Positions 12,259 to 26,700 of a stretch of DNA of 64,000 nt are shown piece by piece. The stretch's first letter is position 1. Every line of letters begins with the position of its first letter. The stretch lies in assembly GCA_038496445.1 (NCBI GenBank), contig JALMLS010000257.1:49069-113068 (forward strand). Direction: 5' to 3'. The notes under the pieces were generated by a model. The model was not told the DNA's origin, made no database searches, and saw nothing but the letters and a program-made list of their open reading frames with translations. Origin of the DNA: Trichosphaerium sp. ATCC 40318 (lineage: Eukaryota; Protista; Tubulinea). The position numbers were made by a program, and so were the translations under genes.

Positions 12259-15003
12259 ATGACAACTCAAATGCGCTTCGTTTTTCTGTTCTCAGTTCTC
12301 ATCTTTATATCACTAGGTACGACGCCATTTCTTGCTTTTTCATGTACTATCACGTGATCTTACTACTATTAAAGGCTTTTCGAATGAAAATCTACCCAAA
12401 ACGCTTAAAAACCTAAGTAATCGAAGATACAAGTTCATAGATGTGACAGACCCGAATGCATGTGATCATATTTCTGAACCTTGTGCTAAACTAAACGATA
12501 TCTGGTAACCACGTGATTATTTAGCGTACGAAACACTTACACTCGAAACAAGGGGCTATGAAGTATCTCATGAGGATGAATCAACAGAGTATTACGCTAT
12601 TGTAGGCATGGAAAATGGTATTGATTTCGTAGACGTCACAAAACCAAAAGAGCCGAAACAAGTGAAGTTTATTAAAGGCTGTATAAACAATTGGCGGGAT
12701 ATCAAAAGGTACCAATAGATTACTTATCCGCTATAGAGCCTTATAGTGACTAACACGTTCTTTAGTTGGGGTACAACTCTTTATGCTATTACTGAGTACA
12801 CTCAAACATGCGCTTGCCCTGAAGGTAAAAGTGCATAACAATTGTGAAGATTCAAATGTATGTTAGGCGAAGCTTGCATGGAGAAACTAAACATTACTGC
12901 TCCCGCGAACTTAGTAGGAAATATGATTATGACTGAAGGAAGGGATTCACCTCAGCTATCTAATATTGGACCAGTTGTACGTACTAATACGATACAACTT
13001 AATACTCAAACCAAAAATAGGGCGGAAAAGTCACTCCTGTTTCTCCGTGGGAGGATAAAGCATGTGATTTTATTTCTAATGCTGATGATATAAATGGTAA
13101 CATTGCCTTGATTCCACAGGGTGATTGTTCGTATGCTCAAAAGGTTGTCCACGCTCAACATGCCGGTACACTTTTTCGCATTTTTGTATTTTGAAGAGCT
13201 TTTTGTTCACAAGTCACGTGGTTAGGTGCTATCGCTGTTATCGTTCAAAATAACGTTGATGACTTTATTTACCCTGGGATGACTGGATGGATGATAAACC
13301 TCGAAAACGTTACAATATATCCTGGTATGCCAGGTGGACATAAAGAAGAAAACATAACAATTCCTGGTAAGTATTCCTCGTTTCTTCTCAAAAAACCGAT
13401 TCAACTTGTGGTTGCCCTCTGCCTTCATTTTCTAAACCTTTTTAGTTGTGATGATCGGTAAAAGTGACGGGGAGAAGTTGCGTAACAATACAGATGTTGA
13501 GGTATTACTGGATTCGTCTGTTCGATTTCATTCAGATTTCTTTTCTCCTGGGCAAGGTACATCTATTTATAAAATGCCTAAGCATGTGATTTATCTGAGT
13601 ATTTAGGCATTACTGTTATCGATATGCAAGATCCACAAGAACCAATAGTGAAGTATCGCCATCAAACAGAGTTTGTATATTCTCATAATATCTACATTGA
13701 GACGGATAGATCATACATGTACGAACGACAATTTTTCCAAAAAGTGTTTTTGCTAATGGGATTTAGGTATGTATGTGGTACAAGCAATGGAAGATTAGAG
13801 GATGGAAGAGATACCTGGAATTACGTAGCAAACGGTGGTTTAGTTATATACAACGTATCAGACCCTGACAACTTACAATTGGTTGGCATGTGGAACGGCA
13901 CTTACATCCATGATATGATGGTACCATATCGTAGCTTGTAATTTGTTCACACTTTTGATTCAGGTTCGGGAGTGTGATGGTGTATACTATTTGTTTGGCG
14001 CTAGTATCACAGACGATGACGTTTATGTTTGGGATGCACAAGATCCGTCAGATCTCAAAATCGTTATGAAATTCGAAGGTACAAAATCCAGTTTATTATT
14101 CTTTTTTAAGACATCGTCATTAGGTCGACAAGGTTTTGCTCACAATGCCTGGGTTGACGATACTTGTCGTATTATGTATCTTACACATGAAACTGAAAAT
14201 GAGCCTATTACTGTATGGCAGTTCTTTGAGACAGCTGACAACAAGATAAATTGGAATGTCAAACCAAAATGTACAAATCCATTTTGTAGAATGCGTGCTA
14301 ACAGTCATTTTTAAGATTTGGGTTCACTTTCTTCGAACCAGTTTGCTGGAACTTTACCTCACAATGTAATGGTAAAGGGGGATGTATTATGGGCAGCGTA
14401 CTACAGCGAAGGTAAGATATTCATTAAAACTAGAGTGGACACCACATAATAGTGCCTTGATTGATTTATGCTGTTCATCTGTGTTTTCATTTTGAAGGCA
14501 TCAGAGGCAGTGATATTATCTAACGTGTTTTTGTTCAGGTGTAGTAGCATGGGATATATCGGTACCATCAGAGCCAACGCTAATGGCTCAATACAAAACA
14601 TCTGATTTCCCTAGTACGAATCGTTCAACAAGTTGGTTTTTTTTGACAAGCAAAATTTAAGGTGGATTTCATGGTGTTTGGGGTGTTTATCCATTTGCTT
14701 CAAACGACTTAGTGTATGCATCAGATAGAGAAAATGGTAGGACATTACTTGGCGTATAAGTATAATTCCTCTCATGCTGTCATAGGATTGTTTATACTGG
14801 AGTTGGAAAACAAGCAAGTAAAGGAGGATACTAGATATAAAAGTACTTTACTCTTTTTTTATATGCTACTTTTTTACTGTTCTATTAACGTGACTGTAGG
14901 TGTTACAATCGTCCTGGGTGTTCTATCTGGTGTTTTATTTATAGCGTTAGTTATTGCTGTCATATTTTACCTTCGTAAAAGCACAAGATACAACGCAGTT
15001 TAA
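12259..15003 (+). CDS. Membrane-anchored LVIVD-repeat / choice-of-anchor-B-like protein with inserted protease-associated (PA) domain (multi-exon)
   Basis: Signal peptide MTTQMRFVFLFSVLIFISL; DIWGYE...EYYAIVGMENGIDFVDVT...WRDIK; PA motif GNIALIPQGDCSYAQKVVHAQHAGAIAVIVQNN; SHNI, YIHD, AHNAW, PHN motifs; C-terminal TM helix. Confidence 0.7.
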
Positions 15004-15269
15004 TGTTAGACCCATGTTAAAGAAAAAGTCATTAAATTCTATTCCTTGATTTACTACGCTTTCGTTAATCCTCTCAAGAAAATTTTACAATGTTAGTACT
15101 TACGTACATATAATAAGCATCTTGAAATGATTTGTCACGTGCTTACAACAGGCGTATCCGAGGTCCGGTTTCTTTTGAAAAAAAATAGTATTGTTTACTT
15201 TGAACGACTTTTTTGTCTTTGTGCGCTCTGATGTTTTTTAAAAACTGGGCTTACAAACTTCCTTCTAAA

Positions 15270-16344
15270 ATGACGTCTGGAAATACTTCACAAAACAAAG
15301 TACAGCTATAACAACGCATTCAAACGACTAAACCAAAGAAATTAGTTTAATTCTGATGAGTATGTTCTGTTGTGTCTTCCTTTAGAACTACAACTTGAAA
15401 TCGTTGATTTAAGCTTTGAAGTTTATCAAAAGTGGCCATTGTTATCAAAATACACTGCGGTAACAACAAGGTTTGATAACGAGTTAAATAAACATGGGAA
15501 ATGGATTAAACGAACTCAGGTCAATAAACAAATTATTAGTCACGTGTATTTCAAAAATGGTAAACGTCATGGAGACTCAAAGCGTTGGTATGCAAACAAA
15601 CAATTGATGGCTCACTTTAAGTTTTTTAATGGTAAGCGAGAAGGAGAGCACAAACGGTTCTATCAAGATGGTAAACCAAAGGATAGTTTTAATTACAAAG
15701 AAGGCAAACGCGAAGGCAAAGCCACTCGGTGGTGTAGAAATGGTCAATTACAAATGCAGTGTATGTATGTTAATGATAAAGTAGAAGGAAAATATAAGAG
15801 GTGGCATGAAAATGGGCAATTAAACGAGGAAAGTAATTTCGTAAATGATAACAGAGAAGGAAAGCATAACCTCTGGTATGATGATGGTAAAATGTCAGTT
15901 CAAAGTACTTATGTCAAAAATAAACTTGAAGGAGAATATAAGGACTGGCACTACAATGGGCAATTGAAATACCAGTGCTATTATGTCAACGATAAACTAG
16001 AAGGAGACTGGAAACACTGGTATGAAAATGGAACTTTGCAAAGGCAAAACAATTTTGTCAATGATAAAAAAGAAGGAGAGTTCACGTCATGGCACTATAA
16101 TGGCCAACTGAGTCAAAAGTGCAAATATGTGGATGACAAACGTGAAGGAGAGTGCAAGTGTTGGTATTATAATGGACAATTGAAAAGCAAGATTAACTGG
16201 GTAAATGGTAAAAAAGAAGGAAAAGCCGAAATGTGGGATACCAATGGTCAGCTAAGGGAAGTATCTTATTTTAAGGATGGTAAATGTAGTGGACAATTGA
16301 AAACCTACGACTCAGAAGGTATATTGATTGCAGATTTGGATTGA
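15270..16344 (+). CDS. F-box-like + MORN-variant (YwqK-like) repeat protein
   Basis: Exon 1 MTSGNTSQNK, intron 15300-15345, then LPLELQLEI and about 11 GKxEGxxKxWYxNGQL repeats. Confidence 0.85.
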
Positions 16345-16849
16345 AAAAGAGCATTATATTAACAAGGAAAGTGTCTTAACACCAAAAAATGTAGCACTTA
16401 CTAGTGTTTTTCTGCTTGTTCGAAATAAAACACTTAAATTCACATGAATCTACTTTCATGTTAACTTCTCACTTGAACGCTCCCTAGTCTTATCTGTAAG
16501 CCCACTGTGAGAGAAAAATTTCTAATGGGAAGTTATTCTAGTAAAAACCTTGACTTTCATAAAAGTGGGGCAACAAACATGACTTGCTAATTATTCATCA
16601 GCGCTTGACTACAAACGCTTTGATAAGATAAGTACCATCGATGCATTTGTTAGAATGTACTACAAGATTAGAGCTATCACTGACTTGATAATCAAAAGGT
16701 TTGACCTCAAATAGATTCTTTTTTCGAGCTAAATTATAAACACAAAAGGTTGCCAACTAAAACGGAAACTAGTGAAACTTCAGCAAGACCGCTTTGATTT
16801 GGAAATCACTCATAGAATAGAAATTGTATGTATATATTCCCTGTCATTG

Positions 16850-19238
16850 TTATTTCTTCCCAAAAACAGACCACTTTTCTTTTATGACTTCACAAGCTTC
16901 TTTCGCTGATTTACCTACAAAAGGATGTTAAGATTAGTCGTTGACAATACTATCATTTTGATTACCTCTATTAGGATTATAAACAGTTTCGAATATTTCA
17001 GCAGCACGTGATTTCATGGCGTTCAATATATCAGGTTGCTCTGAAGATAAGTCGTGATGCTCGGTTGGATCATTAATAATATCAAAAAGGCATCCATCTC
17101 CACAATCATAACGCTTGTCATCACCTAAAAACAAAGAGTTAGAAAACTTTCATCAAACTACAATTTGCTATGGCAAATAACGCTTACCGACATAGTCTCC
17201 TCGTTTTGCAGTCGTCGCATTAGGATAACTCATACCAGTCCAACCGGAACACCATTGGTCTCCTTGAAGTAGCTTGTAGTTACCTAGAGAGAAACTTAGT
17301 CACGTGATAGTAGAAAACAAAAAACTGTCCTACCTTTGATCAATTGAATGGCTTGTGGTTGTTGGTTTCTACCAGGGAAACTTGCAAGAGGAATCTCAGT
17401 TCTTGGTGATGTCTTATTCTTTCCAGTAATGAGAGACCATACATCAAGACTATCAATATCAGGAACACCAGGTACAACATCTTTAGGATCAACACCTGCC
17501 AAGTTACATAAAGTTGAATACCAGTCACAAACATGTATGTATCCATCCTGTAAGAAAGTAAAAAATAGTGTTTATTACTGTGAGTACGTACAGTAGATGA
17601 ACCTTTCTTATCAGAAGGTATAAAACCTCCAGCAACAAACGCAATTCCACGAACACCTCCTTCCCAATCAGAGTGTTTTCCTCCTTTCAATGGATAATTA
17701 TTTGCTGCTCCTCCTTTGTACGTTGGTCCGCCATTACTTAAAGTTATGGGTAAGAAGTTTAATTTGAAGCTATTTTTCTTCTGGACCGAAGTACGTACTC
17801 TGTTGAAAATATGATCAAAGTGTTATCCCACATTTTCTTTTGTTTAAGAAGGGTTGTAATATTGTTAATGGCTTCGTCAACAAAACTTGACATGCCCATG
17901 TACTTTTGTCTGTTCTCGTTGTCTAAACCAGGGTACATATCCTTGTACTTATCAGGAACTTCAAGAGGATCTAAATAGAGAGTAAGACAGTACAAGAAAA
18001 CTCCGTTTCCGGAAATGAGGTTTTTCGATTAACTTACTGTGACAGTTTTGGAACGCCATGTAAAGAAACATAGGCTTTGATTTATCATGTGATGTTATCA
18101 AATCAAGTGCCTAGAGAGCAAGTAAGATACGTGATAATACAATCCAGTGACGTACTTTTTTATTGTACATGTATCCAGCATATCCTGTGTTATTCATACC
18201 TATTGCTGGTAACTCGTTCTATTGTTACTGTTGTTAGAGAAAATTATGAAGATTGCAGCGGGTGTTGTGGCAAAATGTTCAAAAAACAGCCACGTGCTCA
18301 CCTTCCATAAATCAGGGTGGTCACCACAATCGCCACCACCCGTTTTTTCGGTATAATGGTCTTCAGAACCTCCAAGATATCCAAGATGTTCATCAAAACT
18401 AACAAGGATTTTTAGTGATTGTGGTAATAATAAAACAACAAGAATTTGATACTTATCGTTATGTATACATTATAAGGAACGTACCCACGTCCTATTGGAA
18501 TCCTTGAAAAGCTAGATGTGCCTAGATGCCATTTTCCTATTGCATACGAACTGTATCCTGCTTTTTTTAACTTTGCTGGTAAAGTAGTCATTTGCGGTGG
18601 TATCCCAGCGTATGGATATGTGTTAGCCAAATTCTAAAGGTCATGTTATCACAAAATAACAAGTTCAAACTTTCATGTCATCGCACCTGTTCGTTCACGT
18701 GAATAGGTAAACGGCCACTAAAAAAAAGAGAAAAGGTGTTAGAGTTTTCGACGTTGAACCACTTTTGGTAGGTACCTCATAAGTGAACTTCGCGTAGGCG
18801 AGCAATACTAAACAACAATAAACAAAAAAAGGCCAAATTTCATACAAATGAAAAAATACAAGTTTAAAGAGGTTTCCCTTCGAAGGCCAATAACAACCAA
18901 TAGAAGGCGTGGAGTCAACAAAAAAAAAAAAATAACGAACAAGAAACTTCTGTTTCGTCTTCTCCTGTTTATTCTTACGGTTATTTTGTACCTTGTAGAC
19001 GTAGAATCTATCAAGCATAATACCCTCAGAAGCCAATTGAGCGATATGAGGCGTTTTAACATCTGGATTCGTTATTTGAGTGTTATAGTGTCCCAAATCA
19101 TCAACAAGAAAGTAAACCACGTGGGGTTTTTGCGCTTTTTGTGGATAGATTAAAAATAAAGCAAACTGAGCTGAGAGTACCTCCGTTAACACATAATACA
19201 AGCAATACCAATAATAGAAGAGGTACAACAGCCCGCAT
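16850..19238 (-). CDS. Arylsulfatase B-like sulfatase (multi-exon)
   Basis: Signal peptide; KPHVVYFLVDDLG; YCSPTRSSLM.GR formylglycine motif; GYSSYAIGKWHLG; KGGKHSDWEGGVRG. Confidence 0.92.
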
Positions 19239-19623
19239 GTTCACCTGCGTTAACCGTACTGATTTTTGTAGACTTTTCGAATAGTTCCAAGAGCTGTTTC
19301 ATTTTGAACCGATTTTTTCTGTCCAACGTTTCAGGATGCACGTACAGATATGTTGTGTTTATCAACGAATATGCACGTGCTGTAGCTAGTATAGTCCGGA
19401 CCATTTTATAGATTATAACAAGAACTTGGACTTTAATTAAAACATCAACAACACGGTTTTTGCAGTTGGCGGTGAGAAAAACGTTAGAAACGTTAGCAAC
19501 GTTTGTCAATACATCTCTAAAGTGATAAAAACTCAGAAGTTTTCACACCAGAACAGAAATAGTGCTACACCCAATTAAGGTGTTTTTGGCCTTTTTAGGA
19601 AGATTTTACTGTTTATTTCAGCA

Positions 19624-20484
19624 ATGCAACGAATCTTCCTCCTCTTACTTATTGTTGGTTGTGCAAGCGCGCAACTCAAGTTCTATTTGAATTACTTCCC
19701 TATAGAGGCTACAAACTTCAAATGGGAAGCTAAAATCACTACAGTGCCTTTAATAGGCAAAGATAAAGGTATTCCTACTGTTACTAGTGATAGTTCGCAG
19801 TTTATGTACATGAAGCTCGGAAATGTATCCCACACGTGGGCTAAAGCCACAGCGGAGCTAGGCAACTATGTTACGCAGTCTTGGTTTTGGACGGTATGTA
19901 TTTGGCTTAAAACTCCTTGGTCTCGCGTCTAACTACCACTGTAGGACGGAAACCCACATACTTACTTCAATTTGTACTCGTACAGGTAAACTAAGCAATG
20001 ACTGATTTTTTTTCCGTTCTAATTCACTCTAGTGTTAACCACCGCGCGTGTACTTATTATGAAGGTCAATTCTTGCCTACCTGTGAACCAACAACCAAAA
20101 TTGGACAAGATACATATTTTGCAAAGTGCAATAGAATAAACATCACAGTTGTTCTCAAGGATGGTAACCTCGAATCTTACAAGGCACATACTGTCGACTT
20201 TTCGGAGGAAATTACTTTTGATGTCACTGTAACAAAGAATTTGAACTGGTGGCACACACCAAAGATCCAAGACTTCAAGGTAATCACGTTTACTTTTCTT
20301 TTTTTTTTTTTTAAGGCTGGCGCTCTAGTTATTCATCGTTGACCCTATTTTATAGATACCTAAGACTTGTGTGTGCTCTGGTTTTTGGTGCCCTCATAGA
20401 ACAGGTGTGCCATCCATGGATTCTATTCAGCAGCTCAAACAATCTACAGAACATCAAGATTCTTCGACTGTAAAGATCTATTAA
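19624..20484 (+). CDS. Secreted protein, possibly ependymin-related (multi-exon)
   Basis: Signal peptide; beta-rich body with Cys pairs; C-terminal P.IQDF|KIPKTC resembles the ependymin F-x-x-P-x-x-C motif (family call is inference). Confidence 0.5.
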
Positions 20485-20821
20485 AAAACATCCGAAATAA
20501 ATATTATTTCACTCAGCACATGTCTATGGTTCACTCTGATATTCGCACTGTTTTGAAATACATTATGAAGAGGATTAATGATCAATACTTATGTTCAGTA
20601 AGCGCGAGGCTGCATGCAAAGTACATACATACATTCACGTGCATTAATGTATTAATACATAAATTACTGCTTGCATACTCAACAAGACACTTGCGCTTTG
20701 AAACTACGGAGAAGGAGCGTTTATTCCACAAGGAAATACAATGTGACTTAAACAACAGAATTAAAGTAACACTAAATCTTTTCAAGCCATGAAACGCCGA
20801 AGTGTAAAAAGAAAAAACCAG

Positions 20822-22463
20822 CTAACAAGAAATCTTTTTCAACCAATCTAAAATCGCTTTTGTTGCTTCTTCATGCTTCTCAGCTAGTATCTATAGAATA
20901 GTATCAGTTGTTTGGCTGTCATTTACTTATATTATTGCACGTACAAAGTGACCACATTTTTCAACAGCAACTCGTGTTAAGTTTGGCATTATTTTTTCCA
21001 TTCCAATTGTTAGTGCTGGAGAACAGACTGGATCATTTTCTAGAAAGGAAAACAGTTAGTATAATACAGCTGTATACTGAGTTATATTACCTGCAGTAAC
21101 CATAAGTGTTGGCCTCTTAATTTCTACAGGAAATCCTTCAAGATCAGCCCAGTTGAGCTCAAGGGTGCGATACCTTTTATTGTGAATAAGAAAAAACTAC
21201 GAAAAAATAAAAAGAGAAAAAAAAACATACCAATTCAAACTGCCTCTCATACCACTCCTAAAAGTAAAATGTTATTTATACAAATTGGCTTAACGTCTTA
21301 CTGTTTGAACTGGGATACGTAATACGCAGTTTCTTGTTCAGTTAAAATATCTGATGGCTTGACATCCTTAGCAGCACGCATCAAACCATCTGCCATCCAC
21401 ACTCCTCTATTAAGAACTATTAGTTCCTTTGACATACAAGAAAATAAAGTCACAACAAAAGGTCAGCTCATTTACGTACTCTTTGAGCAAGTTATCAGTT
21501 TTATGACTACGATAAGCAAACCGAATTAGTTTATCAATATCCGCGTCTAACTCCTTGACTGCTTCTTCAGTGTTGAAGTATTGTTGGTATTTGAAAGCAG
21601 GAGACCTAGCGACTAAAATGTCAAGAGTCATACACTTCTCTGGTCTTGGCCAATAAGGTGTAACAAAAGCGCCAACAGCGGTTACACGATCAGAATGCAT
21701 GATAGAGTACTTCCAAGCGAGTTCACCTATAAAGGAACGAACGTGAGTTCAAAAGTCGCGGGTAAAGAATTAGGCACATAGACTCAAGGAGTCTGTAGCT
21801 TTGGTTAAGTACGTACCACCCCAATCATGACCAAGCAGGATAAACTTCTTAATACCTATAGGCATGGCTTTAAGATCAAATCCAAAACAAAAATTACAGA
21901 ATCACGTGCATAACAACAATAATAAACAGCGAAAAGTTTTTCGTCACGTGACGTTCTTTTTTAAACTTCTCCGGTCATTAAATCTTTACGTACCGAGTGA
22001 CTCTAAAAGCTCGTTAATGACACCAGATACTACCTTATGAGTAAACAAGGATAGTTTCTTTGGGTCTGCCTTCGTTTGGCCCATGCCAGGTAAATCAGGA
22101 GCGATTACTCGATAACCAGCTTTAGCAACTGGTCTTATTTGCTATAACCCGTTAGTACGCATACGTAGCAATACCTCTAGGGCATTCCCAGGGCTTTCAA
22201 GTGAAGGGAATCTGATTTCTACCAAATTTTGCTTTCACGTTACCTTGTGCCATCCATACCTTTATGACAACTGTGTTAGAGATTAAAGAATAAATATTAG
22301 TGATATCTTACCAGATATCAGGCCAACCGTGTAGAAATACGACTACTTTTTCTGTTCCTTCACCTTCATCTACGTAGTGTAGTTTAACTTCGGCACTCTT
22401 GGCCTCAAAAAACTTGTGATTGTAAGTTGTAGGATCGTCCATATCTGATGCTGCGGAAGCCAT
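20822..22463 (-). CDS. Soluble epoxide hydrolase-like alpha/beta hydrolase (multi-exon)
   Basis: LHYVDEG...VFLHGWPD; GYRVIAPDLPGMG; LGHDWGG nucleophile motif. Confidence 0.9.
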
Positions 22464-22851
22464 ATTTGTACACTGTTTTGATTTTAAGCAAGCCGACATC
22501 ACTTATGAGAAAACTAAGCCCGTTTTTCAGTCACTTTACTGCATCCTTCCATGCGATCCTGCCTCTTTAATGAAAAGTAGGGTTCATTTCTGCACATTTA
22601 TCCGCTTTTGATTGAGTACTATTGTGTTCCAAACATGGCAAAAATATTGAGTTTGTCACGTGATAATTTGAAACTAACCCATTCCATGTGAATGCCAAAA
22701 ACAGCTACATAGAAGCAAATGCGGTTAAGACATTGCAGATAGCCAATCCTAGGTATTCTTTATCCTTACACGCCGACACTAAGTCAGTAAACGTGATAAT
22801 AATAACTAAGTCAAGGTTTCAGATAACCTATAACATCTTGTTCACAGCATC

Positions 22852-23376
22852 ATGTCATCCAGTCGACAGGTACTAAGCTTGCTTATTTGATATCCTAACT
22901 GTCTGTCATTTAAAATCGCTTTTAAGGTAAAATCAATACCACACCTTCCAATAGAGCTTATACTTGATATACTCGATATAAGCGATGAGCTTTACCTAAA
23001 ATGGCCTTTATTAAGTAAAGAAACAGCAACATCGGTTAGATTTAGTAAAAACTTACAAAAAAACGGTAAATGGCTTAGATTCGAGCGCTCAGGAACGAGT
23101 AACAGCGTTAAACGCACAAAACAAATCCAAGAATGTTGGCGTAATGGTAAACGCCACGGAGAGTACAAAGAATGGTGTAATAATGGTCAATTACGCATGA
23201 AGAGGATGTTTGTTAATGGTATAAGGGAAGGTGAGCAAAAGAGGTGGTATGACAATGGGAGCTTGTGGAAACAATGTTTTTACAAGAAAGGTAGACTTGA
23301 TGGTTCGTTTAAGGAGTGGAATGAAACAGGAAAATTGATAAAGTCATTTGTTTATGTTGAGGGCATACGGAAATAA
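22852..23376 (+). CDS. F-box-like + MORN-variant repeat protein (short paralog; absent from ORF track)
   Basis: MSSSRQ|VKSIPHLPIELILDILDISDELYLKWPLLSK...GKRHGEYKEWCNNGQLR...EGEQKRWYDNG...; clear paralog of 15270-16344 (shared KWPLLSK). Confidence 0.8.
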
Positions 23377-23781
23377 ACAGTACCAAAGAGATTGTGATAA
23401 TAGATGATGACGTACTTGAGCACGAACTTGAAGTTGTCACAAGAGACAACGACAGTGTAGTTACATAACTGTAAGACGTTGCATAGTTATCATCGAAAAG
23501 CAGTGCCTGATTAGTCAATTTTGCTAGTCTGTTATGAGTTACCTAGTTAATGAACAGTTCCCTGCATTGAGCACAACTCAAAAAAACCAAAGACTGTACT
23601 ATTCAGTTCTAACCACCTTAACGTGTTAATTGCAAAAAAAGCAAATCTGTACTTATACTGAGTATAGTGTAGTTAATTGGTAAACACGAAAATACAATAG
23701 AATCACATCATTTATTAGGGTTGTTTTGTTTTTTTTCATTTAATTCTTTCTTTTTTCTTTTTTTTTCTTTTTTCTTTTAAT

Positions 23782-26700
23782 CTATTTTACTTTTTTGATT
23801 TCTTGAAGTATACTCTCACCATATACTTTATCAACTTTAGACCATTTCTCTAATGCATCAGCGTCCATTGTGAATTTATCTCTTTGGATTTTATAGAACT
23901 CAAGAAGTGATGTAAAGTTAAAATGTCCTATATCCCAATCATGTATAGTAGCAATGTAATCACCAAGTGCGTTATGCTTACCATATCCTTTTTGCTTAAC
24001 ATGATGCATATGAAGTGCACGTATATTTAGACGATACAGATGTCCTCCATTAAACTGCATAAGCTTATTACGCATCTCTAAATCCTCAGCAGACCAACCA
24101 CAGAAAAATTCTGTTGTGTATCCACCAACTTCTTTCCATTTTTTATGTGATAGTATAATAGCTCCTCCTGATGAAATTTTATTTTAGTTTCATGGTACGA
24201 GCATAATAGAAGTGTTTTTAAAGGTGTACAAACGGATTTTTAAAAAAATTGTAATTGAAGTCAACTAGCATAGCAACTCGGAGATTGTTGCTTCAACAAG
24301 AAAAAAATGTGAAACGAATTCTTGATATTTTTTCAATCTGTTTGAAGGCAGTATAGATTGAATACATGTGAATTGGGGTTGTGGTTTTGATAAATAGAAA
24401 TACTAATAACGAGTTTTGTGTTAAGTGATGGTAAAAAAATGTTTACAAGTAAATTATAGTATTTTGCTTAAGCAGAAGGTCACATACCGTATGCACCAGT
24501 AGTATCATTATAACGACGTCTACCTTTATATTTCTGTGGAAATATTCCTTTTCTCTTGAAAGTTGCTATCATATGCCTTGTTTCTGCTGGTTTCAAATAC
24601 AAGCAATCTACATGAATGTCCTTAATAACGGGGAAGAAAAAAATCAAACAAATTGATGTTTCAGAAAAGATGAACGTTGTAAAGTTTACGACGTTGTGTC
24701 ATACTATTAAAAACTTGATATCTTTTAGAGCATAAACGGACGTATTACCTACATACGGATAAAAAGCATCAGGGTAGTCATTAGCCTCAAAATCCAATTC
24801 TAGAAAACGTTTAACAATTTCACGTGGCACAAAAAAAAAAAAGCGCACGTGCCTTTAAAAAAGTTGTTTGGTAATACAAAGTCTGATACAAGTGTCATAT
24901 ACCAGTCTGACTTTGGTAATAATAAATAAGCTATGTTATAAACCAATGATGTTGGAAACATATGATCGCATCCCCATATTCTACCAATGTACTCTAAACA
25001 CGAATCAACAAAAAAAAAGAGAAAAAAAACCCAAAACTACAAATACTTCAACAAAACACTCAAAAAAAACAGCGTAAAGATATTGTGACCAACTGTCATC
25101 CGCTACTAACCATAAAGAATACCACGCGTATTCTTTAGGATATATAGATAAGATTATAAAAGAGTTTGTGGGACGAAAAAAGCAAAGAGAAGAAAATTTT
25201 ACCAACGAGAAAAGAGGGAAAATGTCTTGTATTTCTTTTAAGAAACATACCTGGAATACCAAGATAGCTCACTTTTATGTGAGTCCATTTATGTCCAACA
25301 AGTTTTATTAAACCCTGCTCAACATGAAGATCAACACGAAGATACTCTGCCAAAACAACGTGAATATTTGTTTTTTTTGCTTTCCTAGCAGCAATGTCTA
25401 TAGATTGAAGTGTATAGTATATATTACTAAATATAACGTTAGAATAAGTTAAATTAATACTTATGAAATAACAAGAGAAGGTGCAAACGAGCTAGAAACG
25501 GAACAAACTGAGAAAAGTTGAACACAAAAAAATGGACTAATGGTTTCAGAGTAACGCAAGTAACATCTCAAACGCGACGTTTCTAGCTCGTCTATAGCGC
25601 TTCTAATGTTTTCCTAATGTCCATACAAACATGTTTGATTGATGTAGTATTATTTAACGTACTAGAATCTATCGATTGATCCAGCTATTATTATATTCAT
25701 TTCACGTGGACCTTCAACAAATTTCTTGTAAATCAGCTCGTTAACACAACTCTCGTTGAGTAGTGCGTAAGGTGTATGTCTAAGTTTTCCAAAATCTATC
25801 ATTTCCTTAATTGCGCTCTGTGGATAGTGATCACCTTCTAGTCGGGTCTGTTTAATCGTCAGTACGGAAGGTAAGAAACAAAGAGAAAAAAAAATCTGAT
25901 ATTTCTCAAGTCGATTTTTTCAAATAGTTACAGAGCTTTTTACATTCGCCCATGCTTCTCAAAATTAATATTATGGTATACATATAATACAAGGTAATGT
26001 ATTATCGTGATGTGAGATAAAAAAATGGTTGACCATTTCGCTGAAACCGCATATCTTCGCGAAGTCAAAAAATCCAAAATCGTTTACAAAAAAAAGTCAT
26101 GATTTCACCGTAAAACAAGCGACGGAGCTGTTTTTAATTCATAGAAGTATGGAGCTTTTATGTGTAGAACAGATGAGCTATGAGGAAGCGCGAAATCGCT
26201 GAGTTGAAGGAAAAAAATCGATTTTTTTGAAATTTCGTTTTTGTACCTTTCCAACATCGTCACCATACGTAGTATACCTATGCCAAAGATGTTCTCCACG
26301 CAAATACAATAACGTTAACATATTTTCGCATTTCTTGTGTCCAATAGGAATTTCAAGAGAAGCTCTTAAAGAGCTCTCTGGTATTTCTTCTGGTTGTATA
26401 GGTATAATAGGATGAAAGCTTTAATTGTACTCATTAGTGACAACAACTTTCCAACAGGAATGGATAGAATGGATAAAAAAGAGGATGACGGAAGTCAACA
26501 GTTGAGAAAAACTGATAACATGTTCCGAAAAACAAAGAATGAGAAAAAGAAATGTTCCTTGTTAATAAAAAACGTACTTTCCTATCCAAAACGCAAGACA
26601 TATGAATACGAAACCACATAAGAGTACTGTAGGGAAAATTACACTATTTTGTAGGGTTAATAATTATAAATATCGTTTAAAACGTTACCGTTGTCCATCA

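Noticed and set aside
15270-16344. Bacterial YwqK antitoxin or contamination
   Set aside because: Has a spliceosomal intron, an F-box-like N-terminus, a local paralog and no toxin partner.
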